IMG/VR virus record: IMGVR_UViG_3300044806_000184
Coordinates: 1-26,736 of that record
DNA from: a virus
Lineage: Duplodnaviria > Caudoviricetes
Strand: one strand, 5' to 3'
Length of the DNA stretch: 26,736 nt
The position numbers and the translations under genes were made by a program. Shown here one piece after another: positions 25,932-26,736 of this stretch. The notes under the pieces were generated by a model that did not search any database, was not told the origin of the DNA, and saw nothing but the letters and a program-made list of their open reading frames with translations. Position 1 is the first letter of the stretch; every line of letters begins with the position of its first letter.

Positions 25932-26374
25932 TTGATATCATTCAACATAGAACAAGTAGCAAAAGTACCAGTGCTATCTACCACATAGCTCATAACATCT
26001 ACTGCACTATTGGCAGCAGTTAGTACACCATCTGTACCACCGGGCCACTTCCAGAAGGCATTAAACGCCATAGTTTTAGGAGAGGCAGCATGCTGGTTAA
26101 ACTGAATAATACCAGCTTGTCCTGCGGTAGCATTAGTAGGAGCAGCTAGGGTTGTATCCTCAGTTAGCGTATGATTAAAGTTGTTACTCAAATCCAAGTC
26201 AATAGCCACAGAACCACTAGAGCTAACAAGGGCTACATAAGCTCCTCTCTGTCCCGCTGTAAAGGTTTGAGCAACATCCTTACGAGCACCATAATCGTAC
26301 ACATGGTCATTGACATCCTGTGCCCAAGTGGAAGTAATTCTTGTTACATAGGGGGTAAAGGTTGTATCAGCCAT
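25928..26374 (-). CDS. Short tail fibre / appendage protein
   Basis: MADTTFT...WAQDVND N-terminus, AQTFTAGQRG, IDLDLSNNF..TLT...LAAPTNATAGQAG.I domain; ATG 1 nt after upstream stop. Confidence 0.78.
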   Translation of the reverse strand: MADTTFTPYVTRITSTWAQDVNDHVYDYGARKDVAQTFTAGQRGAYVALVSSSGSVAIDLDLSNNFNHTLTEDTTLAAPTNATAGQAGIIQFNQHAASPKTMAFNAFWKWPGGTDGVLTAANSAVDVMSYVVDSTGTFATCSMLNDIK

Positions 26375-26375
26375 A

Positions 26376-26735
26376 TTAGTTATCCACAATAGCACAGTCA
26401 ATAATTGCAATCTCTACAACAGAAGTAGTATTGCACTCGGTAGAATCTTCATTCTCAGTATCATACAACCACCTTACTTTATTCTCTTTCTGGTCGTAGA
26501 AACCTTTAGCATTCTCTCTAGATACAGCAGGAAGAGTATCATAGAAAGTTTGAATAGTGGCAAGAGAAATATTCTGAGCTTGTAGTCTTCCACTCACTTG
26601 TTCCGTGGAGAGCATAAAAATTCCACTCTTAGCCCAATAGAAGATGGAATCTCCAGCAACTACTACAGAGTCAGGATTTCTTACACCGATATTAGTAATT
26701 TTCCTCAGAGAGTACTCTGTAGCTTTAAAACCACT
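26376..26735 (-). CDS. Tail nozzle / tubular protein B, N-terminal part (5' end outside window)
   Basis: Frame open to the window edge: SGFKATEYSLRKITNIG...SVVVAGDSIFYWAKSGIF...TIQTFY...KGFYDQKENKVRWLY beta-propeller-like segment, stop at 26376. Confidence 0.75.
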   Translation of the reverse strand, partial: SGFKATEYSLRKITNIGVRNPDSVVVAGDSIFYWAKSGIFMLSTEQVSGRLQAQNISLATIQTFYDTLPAVSRENAKGFYDQKENKVRWLYDTENEDSTECNTTSVVEIAIIDCAIVDN

Positions 26736-26736
26736 A

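Noticed and set aside
26460-26480. Both split genes have RWL (AGGTGG-YT) near their break, hinting at a shared target site
   Set aside because: The nozzle frame continues well past RWL, the match is only about 6-8 nt and SD-like, and no shared element ends were seen; treated as coincidence.
1-26736. CRISPR array, integrase, transposase, rRNA, reverse transcriptase/DGR repeats
   Set aside because: No spaced repeats, long paired repeats or matching protein motifs were seen by eye.

Overview
About 27 kb of a lytic, podovirus-like dsDNA phage genome with two convergent arms. The + strand arm (1-15051) carries a T7-like primase-helicase (truncated at the left edge), a GC-richer island of small accessory genes, and a family A DNA polymerase split into two ORFs. 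It continues with an SSB-like gene behind a perfect sigma70 promoter, three tRNAs, a 5'-3' exonuclease, HNH and Endo VII nucleases, two phosphatases, a class II ribonucleotide reductase, and DUF1289, SLOG and Tad2/DUF2829 genes, ending at an intrinsic terminator. The - strand arm (26736 to 15103) carries a tail nozzle gene that also appears split (by two tail-appendage genes), internal virion proteins, an M15 endolysin and neighbours. The layout resembles cobavirus/Zobellviridae- or LUZ24/PaP3-type podoviruses; this is an inference and no search was run. Main observations: two essential genes each interrupted by whole, translationally coupled genes; compensatory rewiring of the G19-C56 elbow pair in all three tRNAs; a SLOG plus Tad2 pair with a 12-bp direct repeat around tad2; and a relic endolysin C-terminus kept as a coupling mini-ORF. 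All protein family calls come from motif recognition by eye.
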